Source of the DNA: Gnetum montanum
Taxonomy: Eukaryota > Plantae > Gnetophyta
Assembly: GCA_015680685.1 (NCBI GenBank)
Contig: MNCI01000651.1
Location: 1,913,832-1,977,831, forward strand
Direction of reading: 5' to 3'
DNA: 64,000 nucleotides
In this document: one piece after another, positions 26,078 to 40,968 of the stretch
How positions within the stretch are numbered: the stretch's first letter is position 1
Layout of the letters: the number at the start of each line of letters is the position of its first letter
Position numbers and translations under genes: made by a program
The notes under the pieces: generated by a model
What the model was told of the DNA's origin: nothing
The model's input: the letters and a program-made list of their open reading frames with translations, nothing else
Database searches by the model: none

Positions 26078-27188
26078 AAGTGCATGAGAATGAGAATGTG
26101 AAAAAATATTGATAGGAGGGATATTGATGAATCTCTTGAAAATATTCAAAAACTTTGAAATTATTTACAACAAGTAGATAACCTAATCATCTATTATCTT
26201 ACCATAACAAAAAGGTTCAAACGGTCTATAAGATTATTAATCTAATGGAAGTTCTTTTCTTATCACATTTGGACCCTAAAATCAAACAAAAACTTGCTTT
26301 CACTCCAAAAATTTATGATTAGAAACCAAGTGAAGCACCTCAAGGATGTTATTAATGATATTTATCTTACTATCTTAAATCTTTGAGATGAATGATAATA
26401 GATAAGATTATTGATAGATATCCAACAAGCATTAGTCAAAGGTCAAGAAAACAAGATTAAGTCCTTGAAAAATTAATCAATCATGCAAGTAAGAGCATTG
26501 AAATTAGAATCAAGCTAGTTAGTTTCCATGTTTCAAATAAATAAGCCAAAAATTTCTAAGTATAGTAGAGATGATCTAGTTATTGATGCTTTCCTCTTCA
26601 AGATAGAAAATTTCTTGAACATATGTGAGTGTGTTAAGGAAAAAAAGTCTATGTCAATAAATTCTTTCATGAAATTACAAAAACTTGATGGCTTGACATT
26701 ATAGAGAAGAAAAGGCTAGGATTGATAAACCTATATGAGTATGGAACCAATTCAAAGAGATGTTAATTGAAATCTTTTATCCAAGTACTTTTGTTAATAA
26801 ATCCTAGGTGAGGTTAAAAGAGATCTAGCACATTGAGGAGCTAGAAGAATATATTTGGAAGTATTAAAATCTTATCACCAATATCCTAGATATTGATGAG
26901 ATTATAAATATAAAATTTTTATTAATGATCATAATTCTTGGGTTCAATGTAAACTCAAAAAATCATAAGATACAAGGAGAAAAACTAGGTTGTTGATAGT
27001 TTACTCAATTACAAGGTAGGAAATTTCATGTTTCCATTTTCAAATGATATCATTCTATAACTAGGATGATGTCATATTAGAACAAGTTATGTAATTATTA
27101 TAATAAGACCCATATGAAATGGCACATTGTAATAACATGTCTCTTGAGGTAACCTTTATGGTTTTGACCTAACAAATTTATACCAGGG
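26078..27188 (+). mobile_element. Gypsy gag remnant followed by the start of an LTR of the 574-bp family, interrupted by A2
   Basis: IDAFLFKIENF...WNQFKEMLIEIFYPS gag-like segment; 27135-27188 atgtctcttgaggtaaccttt...tttatacc matches 16010-16060; continues after A2 at 40391 (ttagaggtcatacc). Confidence 0.6.
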
Positions 27189-28317
27189 TGATGAGTGGTA
27201 GGTATCATGTATGCTTGACCATACGAATCACAAGCATTCACTAGAAATCTAGTCAAATTCCATGGACCTAGTTACCCAAGTGGTCGATATCCATAATAGT
27301 GAAGTGTGGAATTGAAAGGTCATTATATTCCTAACTCACACTAGTTTTTAATTTGTATGTATGGTTAATTATGAGTTAAGGCATATGATATATATTTTAA
27401 TAAGTATTTTTATATTTTTCTCCTAATGGCTAGATAACTACATAAAGATTGAGTAATTAAATGTTTAATGGATAAACTAGTCTATTAACTAGCTTATCCT
27501 AGCATGAAGTAATCATTCCCACTTGTTGTACACATCTTGAAGTAGTATTAACACTACTAGGTTACCAAGTGGCTATTAATAGGTGTATCAAATATCCACA
27601 ATTGGGATTATCAAGCATCAACACTTTATGCTCAAAGTTTTGTACTCAGGTATTCATGATTAATTATATTAACTAATTAAAAACATTAATGTAAAGTATA
27701 TCAAGTAAAGTGAAGAAAAGTAAAGTTAAGCTAGTCTAAGTGCTCTAATGGATGTAAGAAATCTCAATTTTATTGTCACTCATACCAATGCATTTAGGTA
27801 CATAGGAACTCAAATAAAACTTTGTACAACCTCTTAAATGCACACTATAGGCACTTAGAGAGAAAATATTCTAACTCTAGAGAAAATAAACTAGAAGAGT
27901 TTAGTGAAGGCTACAATTGAAAGATGCCATAATGTAGGAGATGCATGTATTCATATAGGTAATCATTACATCAACATCGATGTATCTATGACCATGCATC
28001 CTACCATGCATTGAAGGGGATGCATTAATAGAATTACATCAATAGGAATGCTAACCCAACCTATCTTATTGATATTTCATCATATGTCCATCATTTACAA
28101 AAAATTCATTCTTGATTAAAAACATTTAGAATCATGTTTTTTACAAAATTAGAAGGTATGGAATTTATTAACAAAAAGAATAACTGACTGAATCTTAACT
28201 AACTTTGAGTGCTAGATTATATGGGATTATAAAAATTAGTATCCATTACAACAAAATTAAATACCTTACAAAAATTGCAACAAGTGCCTATAGGACTAAC
28301 AAAGACATGATGAAGTT

Positions 28318-31125
28318 TCAAACAGTGCTTGGAGGTGGAGGCTCCTAGGATGCTAATGGTCCCTCATCTCATCCTGATGCTGGTAGAGGTTGAGGTTAGC
28401 CTACTACAATCACTGCTTCTACTAGAATCTTGAAAGCATTCAAAAGTCCCTTCATTTTCTCTTCTTTGTCATATGGATCATATAAAATTCATGTGACTAC
28501 CAATGTGGGCTTGTACTAGGACATCCCATGGATACAGCATCAAAGGAAATAGCTCCTTCATGTTGAAGAACTAGGATGTAAAATTTTTACATTCAATGTC
28601 AGGCATCTTTACTAGGTTTTGTAGCTTATGATAGTCATTTATTCTCTTGGCCATGTTCTCAAAAATAGATTACTAATCTGTGAATTTGCTTCTAAGAACT
28701 TCAAGCTACATGTTAACTATCTCTAACTTTTGCTTTGTTTCATTATGGAGCTTAAATTCCACCTCATAGAGGGGGTAGAAACTAGCCACCTACTTCTCTA
28801 ATTCACTCTTTGGCATCCCTTCCATCAGCATCGATAGGTTTGCATATTGAAGGATACTAAGCTTCATATATTTAGTCATCTCTTTAATTTCTAATGCCTT
28901 AAGGCACGTTCTAGCTTTATTGAATGTGTTTAGAACATCAATGATGGGTTATTATACATCACCTCTTTGTTGAGGCTGTTAGAGGGTCTCATTTACTTTC
29001 TCCTTCACATATTAAATTTCTTTTCCATTAAGTTCTTTGAGGAGCCCAACCTAGTTCCTAAAGTGCTTTTTCACTCATTCAAATTTTAGGGCTTCATTAT
29101 TCTAGGCAGCCATCTCAATGGAAGTTTTCTAATGAAGGACACAAACTTCCTCTATTCAAAGATTGCAATTTTTAGCTACTAACATTCTCAAACCTAAGTT
29201 CATCTTATCAAGCTATTCCTACTACTAGCATATAAATCCAACCATCTCATCCTTATGTTGCTCAGCATTTCTAAGCTATGATTGCTCTTAGTGATGACCA
29301 AGTTTTCCTTTCAAACTTGCGACAAGTCCTTGTCAGTGTTGAAGATCATGGCTTCCAATAAGAATGTGTACCATTTCTATTATCTCCTTTTCATTCTTGG
29401 CCTATTGAAGCCTTAACTAAAACTATTACAAAGCTTCATCTTTGGAAACATTTGGCCTATGAATGGTAGGGTTTAAGAGATGGGCATGTAACTCTACAAC
29501 TTTGATGACCAACTAATCATGGGTAGTGGTGGCCTCCTTTAGTTGCATGTTGAAAATTAACAAGTTGTCCCTTGTCTTGAACAACTATGACTAGTTCACG
29601 ATTATTTCATCTAGGAGATCAAATATCTTTAGAAGTGGTTACCAAATTCTAACTAGTCATTCCAATAGCTCCTCATGTTGGGTAGCACTCCTCTAATCAC
29701 TTCCTAATCCTATGGATGGATTGATGTTCATCATGGTGGCAATGTCAAGCACTAATGTTACAGAAGCATTCAAGGATTCAACCACCACCTCTACTACTAT
29801 CTCCTACCCTTTGTTTTACATGACCAAGATAGTTGCCCCCTTGCCTTCCTCCAAAATGATAGAGAAGGTCGTAGTGTTTCCTGAGATTTCAAAAAGTTCT
29901 TATCCTAGAATGAAAACTAGATTGAGCCTTATGGACACTTGGTTCCTTTGAGAAGAGAATATCTGGGTAGTCTCATTGTCCAACTAATTGAGGGTTCTTG
30001 CAACCTCATTTAAATGAATCATGCCTAGATGATAAACTGATGATTCTCCACCACCTGTAGTGCCTTATTATTACTACAGTTACTACTCTTGAATCTTTCT
30101 AATACATTTTGTAGCTATGAGAATTTCTAGTGTGGTTTTAGGTGGTGGTGGTGGCTACTCCTCTTCTAGCAACTTGGGCACTATCTTATCTTTAATCATC
30201 TCCTACTATGATGCAACAAGAGCATGATGGACCATGTCATTGGAATACCATGCTATTTCTTCCCTCTTGCATATTTTTCAAATTAGGCATGTAAAGGAAA
30301 TAATCTTCCTTTCCTTCTTATTTTCTTTGAAATTATTTTCAATCTCTAGATAAATGAGTTGGGGAAGATTGATTAGGTATTTTTTGCTTAGAGTAGTGCA
30401 TGCCTTGGTAGAGAATGTTGTTACCTTACTAGGCCTCATCATTTGATTTAGGTGATAGGCCACAATCTTAAAATATGTGTGGTCTATCTTTGTGAGGGCA
30501 CCATACTCTTTGCAGTTCAATTCATAACATCGATGAACCCTTTCTTTCTTAAGTTCAAGGTCCACCTAGGTAGTAATTTGAAACAACTTGACCCTTATAT
30601 CTATCAACCTAAGGACCTCTTCAATGGCCTCAACTAAGTAGGATATCTTGATGTCCTTGATGTTCATGAATTCATTTCCTTCTCAATTATTCTAGAATAA
30701 GTAATTCTCCCCCATGTATCATTCTTTGCTATTGGAGAGAATGGACCACATGGGAGACCCCTACAGCTATGTATGGATCTTCTCTAATGCCAACACTAAG
30801 AAGGATCCAAAGTTTAACTCCTAAAGAATTGAACTATAGTCATCCTTGATCCTTAACATTTCTAGTCAAGCCTTGGTCAAACTAACTCTAAGCTAGGCCT
30901 TGGCCTAGGAGCATCATCTTGCCTAGATTGGCCTATTTCAATAGTAGGAATCTAGCAAATAGATTCCACTTTGGGCTTCATATGAAGGGGTCCAGTGGCA
31001 TTGGTTGCCTTTGATGCTTGTTCTTAGGGCTATTGTGGCTACTAATACTAGCCTTTCCTCCTTTTAGTTACTTCTCCCTAGGTTTTGAGGGTCCTCCTAC
31101 TTGTGGTCCTCATTTTCGTGACATC
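28318..31125 (-). pseudogene. Extra (env-position) ORF of A2, ~900+ codons, with coiled-coil C-terminal half
   Basis: RCYELNCKEYGALTKIDHTYFKIVAYHLNQMMRPSK matches RCYGVDHKEYGTLTKVERVYFKVMAYHLNPM in A3. Confidence 0.7.
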
Positions 31126-33144
31126 TATGATCACAAACATAACCCAAGATTAGCTTTTTACTGCATAACCCTTAGTTACTATGATATCTTTCTTATTAGA
31201 TCATGTTATGTTGGGTCTCATTTGAAATCTTATCTTATTGAATTATTTTAATATTATTTTACTTATTAGCTATTAGAGTTTATGTGATGGTTTTAATCCT
31301 TTATGATAGCTAATTTTTAATATTATTTTAATAGGTTGACCATGGGAAGTTAGAAAATTTTCAAAAATTTTTTACCAAAAACCAAAGGTTTATGTCCCTA
31401 CAATGTAGAGGTTACTCTGGTAGCACAAGGATCAAAAAACAAGTTAAATCAAGTTAGAAATTTTAGAGTTATAGCTCTTGAAATGCTCTTGGACTCTAAA
31501 AAACTTCAAAAGCTCATCTTACTTCTATGAAAAATGATGCAAAAATAGCTAAGTGTCATGTGTATTTATGTTATTTTTGAGATGCACCAATGGGGATGTG
31601 TCGATGGAGTTGCATCGACTCATCCCACTATGTTGACAGGGTTACATTGACATAGTTATTTATAGTTAAATTTTGCATTTGGATAATGAGGGATTTTGGA
31701 TGAGTTTGGAAACAAAATGAGGGCTCACTGGAAGCTAGAAAAACATAAGATGATGAAAATATCATGGAAGAGGATAATGTTGGCTTGGAAAAAGGAGTTT
31801 GAGTAGGTCTGAATGAATTTGACATGCCAAAATTAAGAAAGTCTAGATGTTTGAATGTAATTGGAGGAGATCAGTTTTGCAATTGGCCAATGGATAGAAA
31901 TTTTAAGTTAAAGGATACCAAAGGGAATGCAAGTGGATCCTCCCCAAAGTTGACATATGCTAGTGATGCCCTTGTAGGCCCTAGAGTCTATAGGTACCAA
32001 AGATAACTAATGGTCATTTCAAGTTACAACTCATACCCAATGGATTAAATGTCATAGGATTATGGGATCTACATAAAAAATACACCAAACAACTATGATA
32101 TTAGGTATTGAGTTGTTATATCATGGGTCATGAATGATGGTAAAGAGAGAAAATCGTAAGAGATTATTAGCATAGTTACATGAAGTTCTTGTGAAGTGTG
32201 TGATTAAGATGAGCTAATACTATTCCATCCTTAGTAAAGACTATGTCCATCCACTTTCAATGACTTCACATTGTCATATCCTAACCCTTTGACCATCAAG
32301 AGTTCATGATAATTCTCAAAGGATAACCATCACTCCAAAAGAAGAAAAACAAAGAAGGAAGATAGGAAGGACCTTAGTTAGAGGGGTGCCTTCATGCATG
32401 GGTAACATCTTTTTACAGCCCCATAACTAGTACATGTAGCTCATTATTGCATCTAAGGGGTGTACTTTGAATTCCCATGTGCTTTTTTTTTATTTTTAAT
32501 GTTTTTCACAAGAACTAGACCATGCAAATACATGCTCCCTTTAATGGCCAACAATAGGAGTGGTGAGATACCAGTGAAGAAGAATCATAAAACTCAAGAA
32601 AGAATATGGAAAAAGAATACAATAAGTCTCCTTAAAACCACAACCTTTCTCATTCCTTCTTAGTTATTTTTAAGTCTATTAACTAGTTAAATCATTAGTT
32701 ACTTTTAGTTTCAATTAGAAGGAGCTCATGCTTCCAATATACAAAGCCTCTATAAAATCAATGGAATGGATGAATGTCATGATTACACTACCAACTACCA
32801 TGAGAAAATTAAAAACTTGTTAATAAAGGTCATAATCCAAAGAAAAATATAATTTGGTGATTTATCAAATCAATCATTTCATTAATTTCTACATTCTTTA
32901 ACTTCTACTATAATAACAGTAATGGAAAATCAAAAGATTCCCTATAAAATATGATAAAAATACTAAGAAGAAAGATAGAAGATAAAAAATGAAGAAATAT
33001 ATAAAATAATTGATAAAATAGTCAATAAAAATAAAAAACATATGAAGAATAGTATAAAATAAAATAGTGAAAAATGGGTTAGTCCTTACAAGGTGTTAGC
33101 ATGGATGGTCATCTCCCCCACAACTAGGTTAAGAGGAAGAGATC

Positions 33145-36100
33145 TCAAAAATAGAGTGTGCTTGCATGGATGTTGAGGTGCTAGTGTTGCTAGTTATTTG
33201 AGGGTCTATGAAAGATTTTACTTATTGTATGTTGATCAATAGTTGTTTCTCTATGCTTAAAGGATGATAAATTGTCATCACACTAAAAGGAAAAGTTGTA
33301 TGAATGATATAAGATCCTTCCCATAACATTTGGAATTTAGTATGTTGAGGTACATGCATGGGATTCTTGTATAAGACCTTATCATCAATTTGAAACTTAA
33401 CTCTCCTTATCCATGCATCATGAAATTGTTTGGCATGTGCCTTATGCACCTCATTCATAGTTAAGGCTACCTATCAGTTTTAATCTAGCATATTCAAATT
33501 CATGATGCATTCTTATTGTACTAGATTAAGGTCAAGGTTAAGCTCAAAAGCTATTAAAAATATACAAAGCTCAACTTGAACTGGGAGTTTGTGTAGCTTT
33601 CTATATACCAACTCATAGGGAGAGTACCCTATAGGAAGTTTCCATGTGGATCAATAAGCCCATAGGATATAATTGAGTTTTGTGCTCCAGTCCTTCCTAT
33701 ACTTACTAATTGTACATGTTAGTATCTAGGTTATTTCCTTATTAGTAACTTTGTCTTAACCATTAGCTCAGGGATAATAGGGGATTATTAGTTTATGTTG
33801 CACCCCTATTCATTACATCAGTTTCTAAAAAGTAACTCCTATAAAATGAGCTCCATTATTAGAAATAAGTGCTCTTGGAATATCAAACTTGTTTACCACA
33901 TGTTTTTGAACAAATTGTGCTATAGTAGAAGATGAATAATTGGTGAAGCTATAGCTTTCATCCACTTGGTGCAGTAGTCAATAGCTACACTGATTTATTC
34001 CTTTTCATGGGACATGGAAGTGATAGATCCCATGAAGTAAATGCCCCAAATTTCAAAGGAATCCAATAGTTGGATCCACTATTTAGGCCTCTCCATTCAA
34101 GCTATCATTCCTCTATCTCATTGGTAGCATTCACATGAATGAGAGAAATGGTGGATGTCCCTGAAAATGATAGGCTAGAAGTAGCCTACCATTAATGATC
34201 TTTATAGTCATTATCCTACTTGCATAATTCTCCACACAAAAATATTCATGAGTGTCCTAGAGGATTTTCAGTTGATTAGTATCCAATACATACCATCATA
34301 GCAAGCCATTAGCAAAAATCTTGTAAAAATTACCTTGTTGAAGAAACCATTATTTCTTCTTATTATACCATTCCTATGGAGTTTTCTAGGCGAGAAGATA
34401 GAAGAGAAAATGATCATACTAGTTGGTATTCTTAAAAATCTAAACATCAAGAGATTTTAAAAAGAGTAGTTCATTTTGAAATTGATTAGATACAAGCTCC
34501 TCATACTCTTTGATATCATAACCAAGATAAGTGATTGACAACCACATTCTGATTTTTCTTTCTATCCACCATCATAAGATCAAACTCTTGTAAGATCGCA
34601 AGTCACCATATGACATGTGGTCTTACTACTAGTTTGTTCATTAGAAAGAAAATTGTATTATCATATGTGTGTATAAAAATTTGATATCCAAGCACATAGT
34701 TTCTAGATTTCGTAAGGTATACCCCACTACCATGAGCTCCTTCTCAATGGTGGTGTAACTTAGTTGTGCATCCATAATACTTCTACTAGCACAATGAATA
34801 TAATAAGGACATTTCTAATTATCCAATTACATCAATACTACTTCCAATGCATAGTTGGATGCATCTGTCATGATGTAGAAGGTTCTAGACTAGTCTAGAG
34901 TTTATAGAATAGGAGTTTCTATGAAATTTTACTTCAATTGTTAAAATGCATGCTCATATTCCTAAGTCTAGTCAAAGGGTGCATCCTTCTTTGTTAGCTC
35001 TACCAGTCACTTGATGATTTTTAAGAAGTTCTCACTAAATCAACGATAGTATCTAGTGTGTCCAAGGAATGATCTTACATCTATTACTATTTCTAATTAT
35101 TTGGTAATTTCTTGAATGATCCATACTTTTTTGAAGTCCACCTTTATTCCTTTCATTGAAATATAGAGCCCCAAGACTATACCTTCTTAGATCATCAAAT
35201 GGCTCTTTTACCAATTAAGCCATAGATTTATCTCCACACAACATTTTGGTATTGCTCGAGATGGTCCAAGGCTTGTTTAAAAGTGGTTCAATTAGTGAAG
35301 AAGTCATCCATAAGCACTTCTATACCACTAAAAATTTGCTACTAAAAGATACTAGGCACTAAGCATAGGAAAGTAGCAAGAGCATTACATGGGCCAAATG
35401 GCATCTTCTCATATGCAAAAGTCTCCCAAGGACTTGTGAAGGTAGTTTTGACCTAGTTCTCTAGTGTAATATGGACTTGGTTATAATTGCTATAATAATC
35501 TAGAAAGTTTTAGTAGCCATGCCCTACAAATGTAATTGGCACCTAGTCCACAAATGGTAACAAAAAATAATCTTTGAAAGTTGTCATGTTTAATAGCTTG
35601 TAGTTGATGTAGATCCTCCATTTCCCTTCTTTATTTGATAAGATTATGAGTGGTCTAACCCACTCACTATCTGTAATGGGATAAATAATCCTACCTTAAG
35701 AAATTGTTCAATTTTGTCTTTTACAACTTGCTTCAACTTAGGAATCAATCATCTCTATGGCTATCATTTGGGTTTAATGGAGGAGTCCATATAAATTCAA
35801 TGCTAGCATATCCTTGGATCTATTATTATCAATTCATGATATGACTAGGTAATAGCTATTGGGCATTTTTTAACCATTTTTAGTAGCTTATCCTTTTGTA
35901 TTTAACCAAGATGGGCAGTTATGATTACTAGCTTACTATTATCAACATAAGCATATCCTAGATTAGTCAGTAAGGCCTTTAGTTCAAGGTGCTCATATTT
36001 AAACCATTTTGAGATCTTCAAATCTCCCCAATCCATCTTAGTCTATGCATGGAAGAGTTGGATACTAATCTAATCTATTTCATCCATGTATTTAATGTAA

Positions 36101-36740
36101 GCACTCATGAGGCTTTCTATTTATTCCATGCATATTTTTGAATCTATCCTTTCATCTGTTGTCAGCCAATGTGTATCCTTTTGTTTTGTGGCTACTACAT
36201 ACAGGCACTTCTAAATAGTGGATGCCTTGGCATAATTTATGCATGTTTTCTACACACAATAACACCCTGGGTTATTGTACGTTATGCATGAAACTCACTT
36301 CTTCTCAACTTTTCCAACTTTCTTTTCCATGGAAATTTCTAAGAAGAGGTCTTAAAATCCCATCTTGACATCAATCATATTGAGCCAAGGACTTCCCATT
36401 ATAACAGGAAAGTTCCCCTTTTAGCTATCAACATGGAAAATCATAAAGTCTACAAGATAAAATCATCCACATATAGTGGTCATCATGTCCTCCACTAGTC
36501 CCAAGGAAATAGTAATGGACTAATCTACAAGCTCCAAACTAATATTGCATTTTCTAATGGAGGCAAGTTTTAGCTCTTGTAAATTTCCTATGAGATTATA
36601 TTTATTCTAGATGCTAAATCTAGTATATCCTAACATAGATCATTCTTGGAAATCTGCAAATTAATAAGGGGACTCCCAAGATCATATCATCTCTTAAGAC
36701 GATGACTAACATTAATCCAATCAGTAACCACATGAGTCAA
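33145..36740 (-). pseudogene. pol: pol of A2
   Basis: Same RT/RH/IN motifs as A1 (KFQMLWEGSY, WGIYFMG, YTTIEKEL, LMDDFF). Confidence 0.9.
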
Positions 36741-36799
36741 CATGATAGCATGTACATTAGAGGACATTTGGTTTAAAGGAGGCTTGATGGTTATTTTAA

Positions 36800-39300
36800 A
36801 AGTGATGATGTAGGTTAGCATCTATAGATGTTTGTGAGAGTTTTGGTGGACTATTGATCCTAAAAAAGTCCCTCTTTCAAGGTTTAGGTTCAAAACCACT
36901 TAGATGGCTATCAAGCTATAGGTTAACAATCCTCCTAGCATTTGTTTGTTGTAGCTATGATGTAATTTTCCCCTGCATAGGTGGAGCAACTAGTAAATGA
37001 GTTACATTAGATAATGTAGTGTTGGCTAATGGATAAGGAGGAGGATAAGTAGAGGAAGCATCAAATTGCAAAGTATGGATTCAATATTATTCTAAATGGT
37101 AGTAGTGATAATTGAAAGGATTGTAGCTTATAGAACCATGAGGAGATACAAGCTACTAGACATAGTGTCCATAGGGATCTAGTTACTAGTAAGGATACTA
37201 TTGCCTTGATGGTGGCATCCCCCATGACTATGGATTTACCATTGCTGATATTATTCCTGAGGTTGAGGTGAAGCTCCACTTAGATAGTACTATATTTTAT
37301 GGAACTACTACCTTGGATTACCCTAAGGATAAGGGAATCTCCTACGTAGTTTCCTTTTTGCAAATTTTGGTTACAAGGAATACATCCAAGATTCTTGTAG
37401 TTGCATCACAAGACAACATCCCTTGGGATGTTCATACTAGTAGATATTATATCCATCATCATCAGTTTCAAAATCTACAATCTCATTGACCATGGCAACC
37501 TTATATTTTTGTTGCGAATACCCCTTATCTATATCTTTCCTTCTTCTTCTATCTCATTTACTACTTTCCTACCTTCTCCTCTATAATATTCAATGTAGTT
37601 TAAAATTTCTCATCTAAGGAGTTCCACATTTTATCTACCTTGGTCAATATTTCAAAGACATATTTTTGTATTAGCAAGGTTTTCCTTTCCATCACCTCAT
37701 CTAATGGTGCTTCCTCCATTGTATCAAAGAAATGTACCTTCCTTTTGTGAAGGGAGGGATCTTTGTTATACTTCTATGCACTCTCTCATTTCTTCAACTT
37801 CTTTTCTTCTTTAGCTACATGTTCTACTTACCTTTGGATCTAATGGACTGTCATCTCAAAAAGTCTCCCTTGGGTATAAATCCTAAGAATTTCCCTACTT
37901 TTGTTTCAGAGTCCATCTATGATGTGGTAAAGTTTCTTCCTCTAAGAGAATCCATGGCCTAGGCATTAGTCGAATAAGGAGTAATAGCTATCTAGGGTCA
38001 CATCCAAGGATTCATGATTTCCTTGCTTTCATCCTTAAATTTTCTTTCATAGATTAGACACTCAAAAGTAGATCTAGTATTTTTCATTGAGCATTTTTAA
38101 CATCATACTCCATTAGCAGATGGATTCCAGTTCCAAGGACCAACATCAACTTTCTACTTTTTTATGACTGTTCTTAGGAATAATTTCAAATTCTTTCAGT
38201 CCTTCTTGATTTTTTGCAAGATGTAAGTATCATGGAAAACTTGCAAATCATGATATGGATTTGTGTTATACCCCACTTCAAATTTGAGGATATTTTTCAT
38301 ATCCAACCATTTGATTTTTCCATCCTTTTGGTGCCTAGTGGGAATTCTTGCTACTTATAAAACATTTAACATGTTTCTTGTAGGCAAAAATAGCTCATCA
38401 TAGGCATCACGCTAATGATGATATCTCCTATGATAAGACCTACTATCCCTTCTTCCATGGTGATATCATTTCTCATGTTTGTGTTGTCATCCATCCCTAC
38501 TTCTATCATTATGATGCAACCTCCTATCATCCTCATATTGATCCCAACCATCCTTGCTTCTATCATCATGATGTGACTTCCTATCATCCTCATCTTGATC
38601 CCAACCATCTCTGCTTCTACATCTACCATGGCTCCTCCTATCAAAATTTAATAAGGAAGATGATGGTGATAGTGAAAGACTAGGAGAATGATGCTTTCTA
38701 GTCCTTTTTCTTTGGACCTTATCCTTGTTCTTATTCTAGTTCTTTTATTAATCCTAATCCTTTTCTTTATAATTTTCTTTGTCCTTAGATGAATGACTAG
38801 GAGATTTATCCTTTAAGGTTCTTTGATTTTTGGACCCTATCTATTTATCACTAAGGTTCTCTAACATTGTTTGTGAAGGATATCCTCCTAAAAGAAGGGA
38901 GGAAAATTTGTATACTAAGAGTGCCTAGAAAAGAAATCCTTACCCTCTCGATGTGGCTATAGGAATAAGTATGGTGGAAGATGCTTTCCCTTCGATGCAT
39001 CATAGTGAGCCTCCATGTTTTCATTTCTACGAAGTTGGGCTTCTATAGGTTGATGATCCTTGAAGATGCTATCTGTCGATTCATACTTAAGCCCCACTAC
39101 TTCAAGGCCAAGCCTCTAGAGTTGGACCATAAGGATGGCAAGAACAAATAAATCTAGAGGTAAAAAGCTATTACTATCCATATATTTGCAATGTAATTTC
39201 TCATCCTAATGGAGGACGAATGTGATGTCTGGATAATAGGGATCTAAATGGATATACTTAACCTCTATCTACGATGGCTTCTCACTGATAGTCCTTTGTA
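36800..39300 (-). pseudogene. gag: gag of A2
   Basis: Colinear with A1 gag (YEHPKGCC knuckle, KNLKLFL capsid segment). Confidence 0.7.
38501..38620. repeat. 57-bp in-frame tandem duplication in the A2 gag spacer
   Basis: 38501-38557 and 38558-38614 near identical; encodes D/R/H-rich DGWDQxEDDR units. Confidence 0.8.
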
Positions 39301-40729
39301 TCCTCTCTTATTTTCTATTGTTTCTATCCCATGTCATGGAGAGTTCTTTTCTATGAGTAGAAGCCATTTCAAAATGCGCATAAGTGTGGCTTTGGGAAAT
39401 ATTACTATTATTATGAGAGATGGTTCATTATGTTCTCCTCACAACACTTGTATATAAATTCACTAGTTAATAATATTATGACAACTTAGCAAAACTAAGA
39501 TCCCTAGAAATGATGCCATGGTCAATGGTGGGTCTTCCCCATAGATGACCATATTAATCACAAGCATTTACTAATGATCTAATTGAATTTCATGGACCTA
39601 GTTACCCAAGTGATCAATATCCATAACAATGAATCATGGGGTTGTAAGATCATTGTTTTCCTAACTCACACTACTGTCTAATTTTTAAGTATGGTTATGT
39701 GTGAGTTAAGGCATATGATATATATATTTTTAAGTATTTTTATATTTTTTATCCAAACATCTAGATAATTGAGTAAATATTGAGCAATTAAATTTCTAAT
39801 TAATTAACTATTCTATTAACTAAATTATCCTAATGTGAAATAGCCATTCTTAATTGTTGTACACATTCCAAACTAGTATTAATAAAACTAGATTACCAAG
39901 TGGCTATTGCTGGAAATACCAAATATCCATGGCTAGGGTTACCAAACATTAACACTTTATGCTAGAAGTAGTCATACTCATGTGTTTAGGATTAATTATA
40001 TTGACTAATTAAAAATTTTAATGTAATATACATAGAAATTAAAGTTAAGTTAGTCTAAATGTTGTAATGGATGTAGGAAATCTTGATTTTATTTCCACTC
40101 ATGCCAATGCATTCAAGTATAGAGGTACTCAAATAAAACTCCATATAATCACTTAGATCCACATTGCAAGCACTCAAAGAGAAGATATTCTTACTCTAGG
40201 AAAATGAAACTACAAGAGTTTATCTAAGGTTACAATTGAAAGATGTCATAAATGTCATAGATGCATTCATTTATAGAAGTAATGATTGCATTAGCATCAA
40301 TGTATTTGCATCAACACATCCTACCATGCATCAACAGGGCTATGTCAACAAGAATGTGTTAATGCATCCTATCTTATCAATGTTTCATTACCAAGAATTA
40401 GAGGTCATACCAATATGGATTTTATAGGATCCATCTTATACTAAATTGATCCACATTTCATCTTATATCCATCTTATAATATTTCCCTAGCTACATTACG
40501 TTCTCTACATCGAAATTTAGAACAAATTAAAACCCTTAAGTAAGAAAGATTAATTTATTTTCCTCTTCATGAATCATAAAAGTTATGAGCCAAAGGTCTA
40601 AGATGATGGGCTAGAAAAATGTTTCCAATTAAATATTTCAAATGTTTCAAAGTCCAAAAATTCCACAAATTTTCCAAAAAACCAACAAATATATATTTGA
40701 TCTAGGCATCTCTAAAGGCTAGCTCTTGG

Positions 40730-40968
40730 TTATTCTTATTGCTAAAGGAATATATCGAGAGGCCTTGAAATAACATCACTACTATTATCAAATTATCCTT
40801 TTAATTATTTAATATCTAAATATATCACAAATGTTTTTGAAAAAAATCCAAAGGGTATATATTTTATCAAGGAATTTCTAAAGGTTAGTTCTTGGTTATT
40901 ATCACTACCAAAGGAACATATTGATAGGTCTTGGAATAACCTCACTACTATCATCAAATTATCCTCAT
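40730..40968. repeat. Two ~78-bp direct repeats about 160 bp apart
   Basis: tcttggttatt...aaagga.atat.ga.agg.cttg.aataac.tcactactat.atcaaattatcct at ~40724 and ~40889; probably LTR-internal. Confidence 0.6.

Larger units (their letters stand above)
27189..40390 (-). mobile_element. Full-length degenerate Athila-like element with long extra ORF (A2)
   Basis: LTRs 27189-28082 and ~39519-40390; PBS-like tccctagaaatgatgcca (39501-39518); minus-strand gag-pol and extra ORF; splits a host LTR. Confidence 0.88.
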
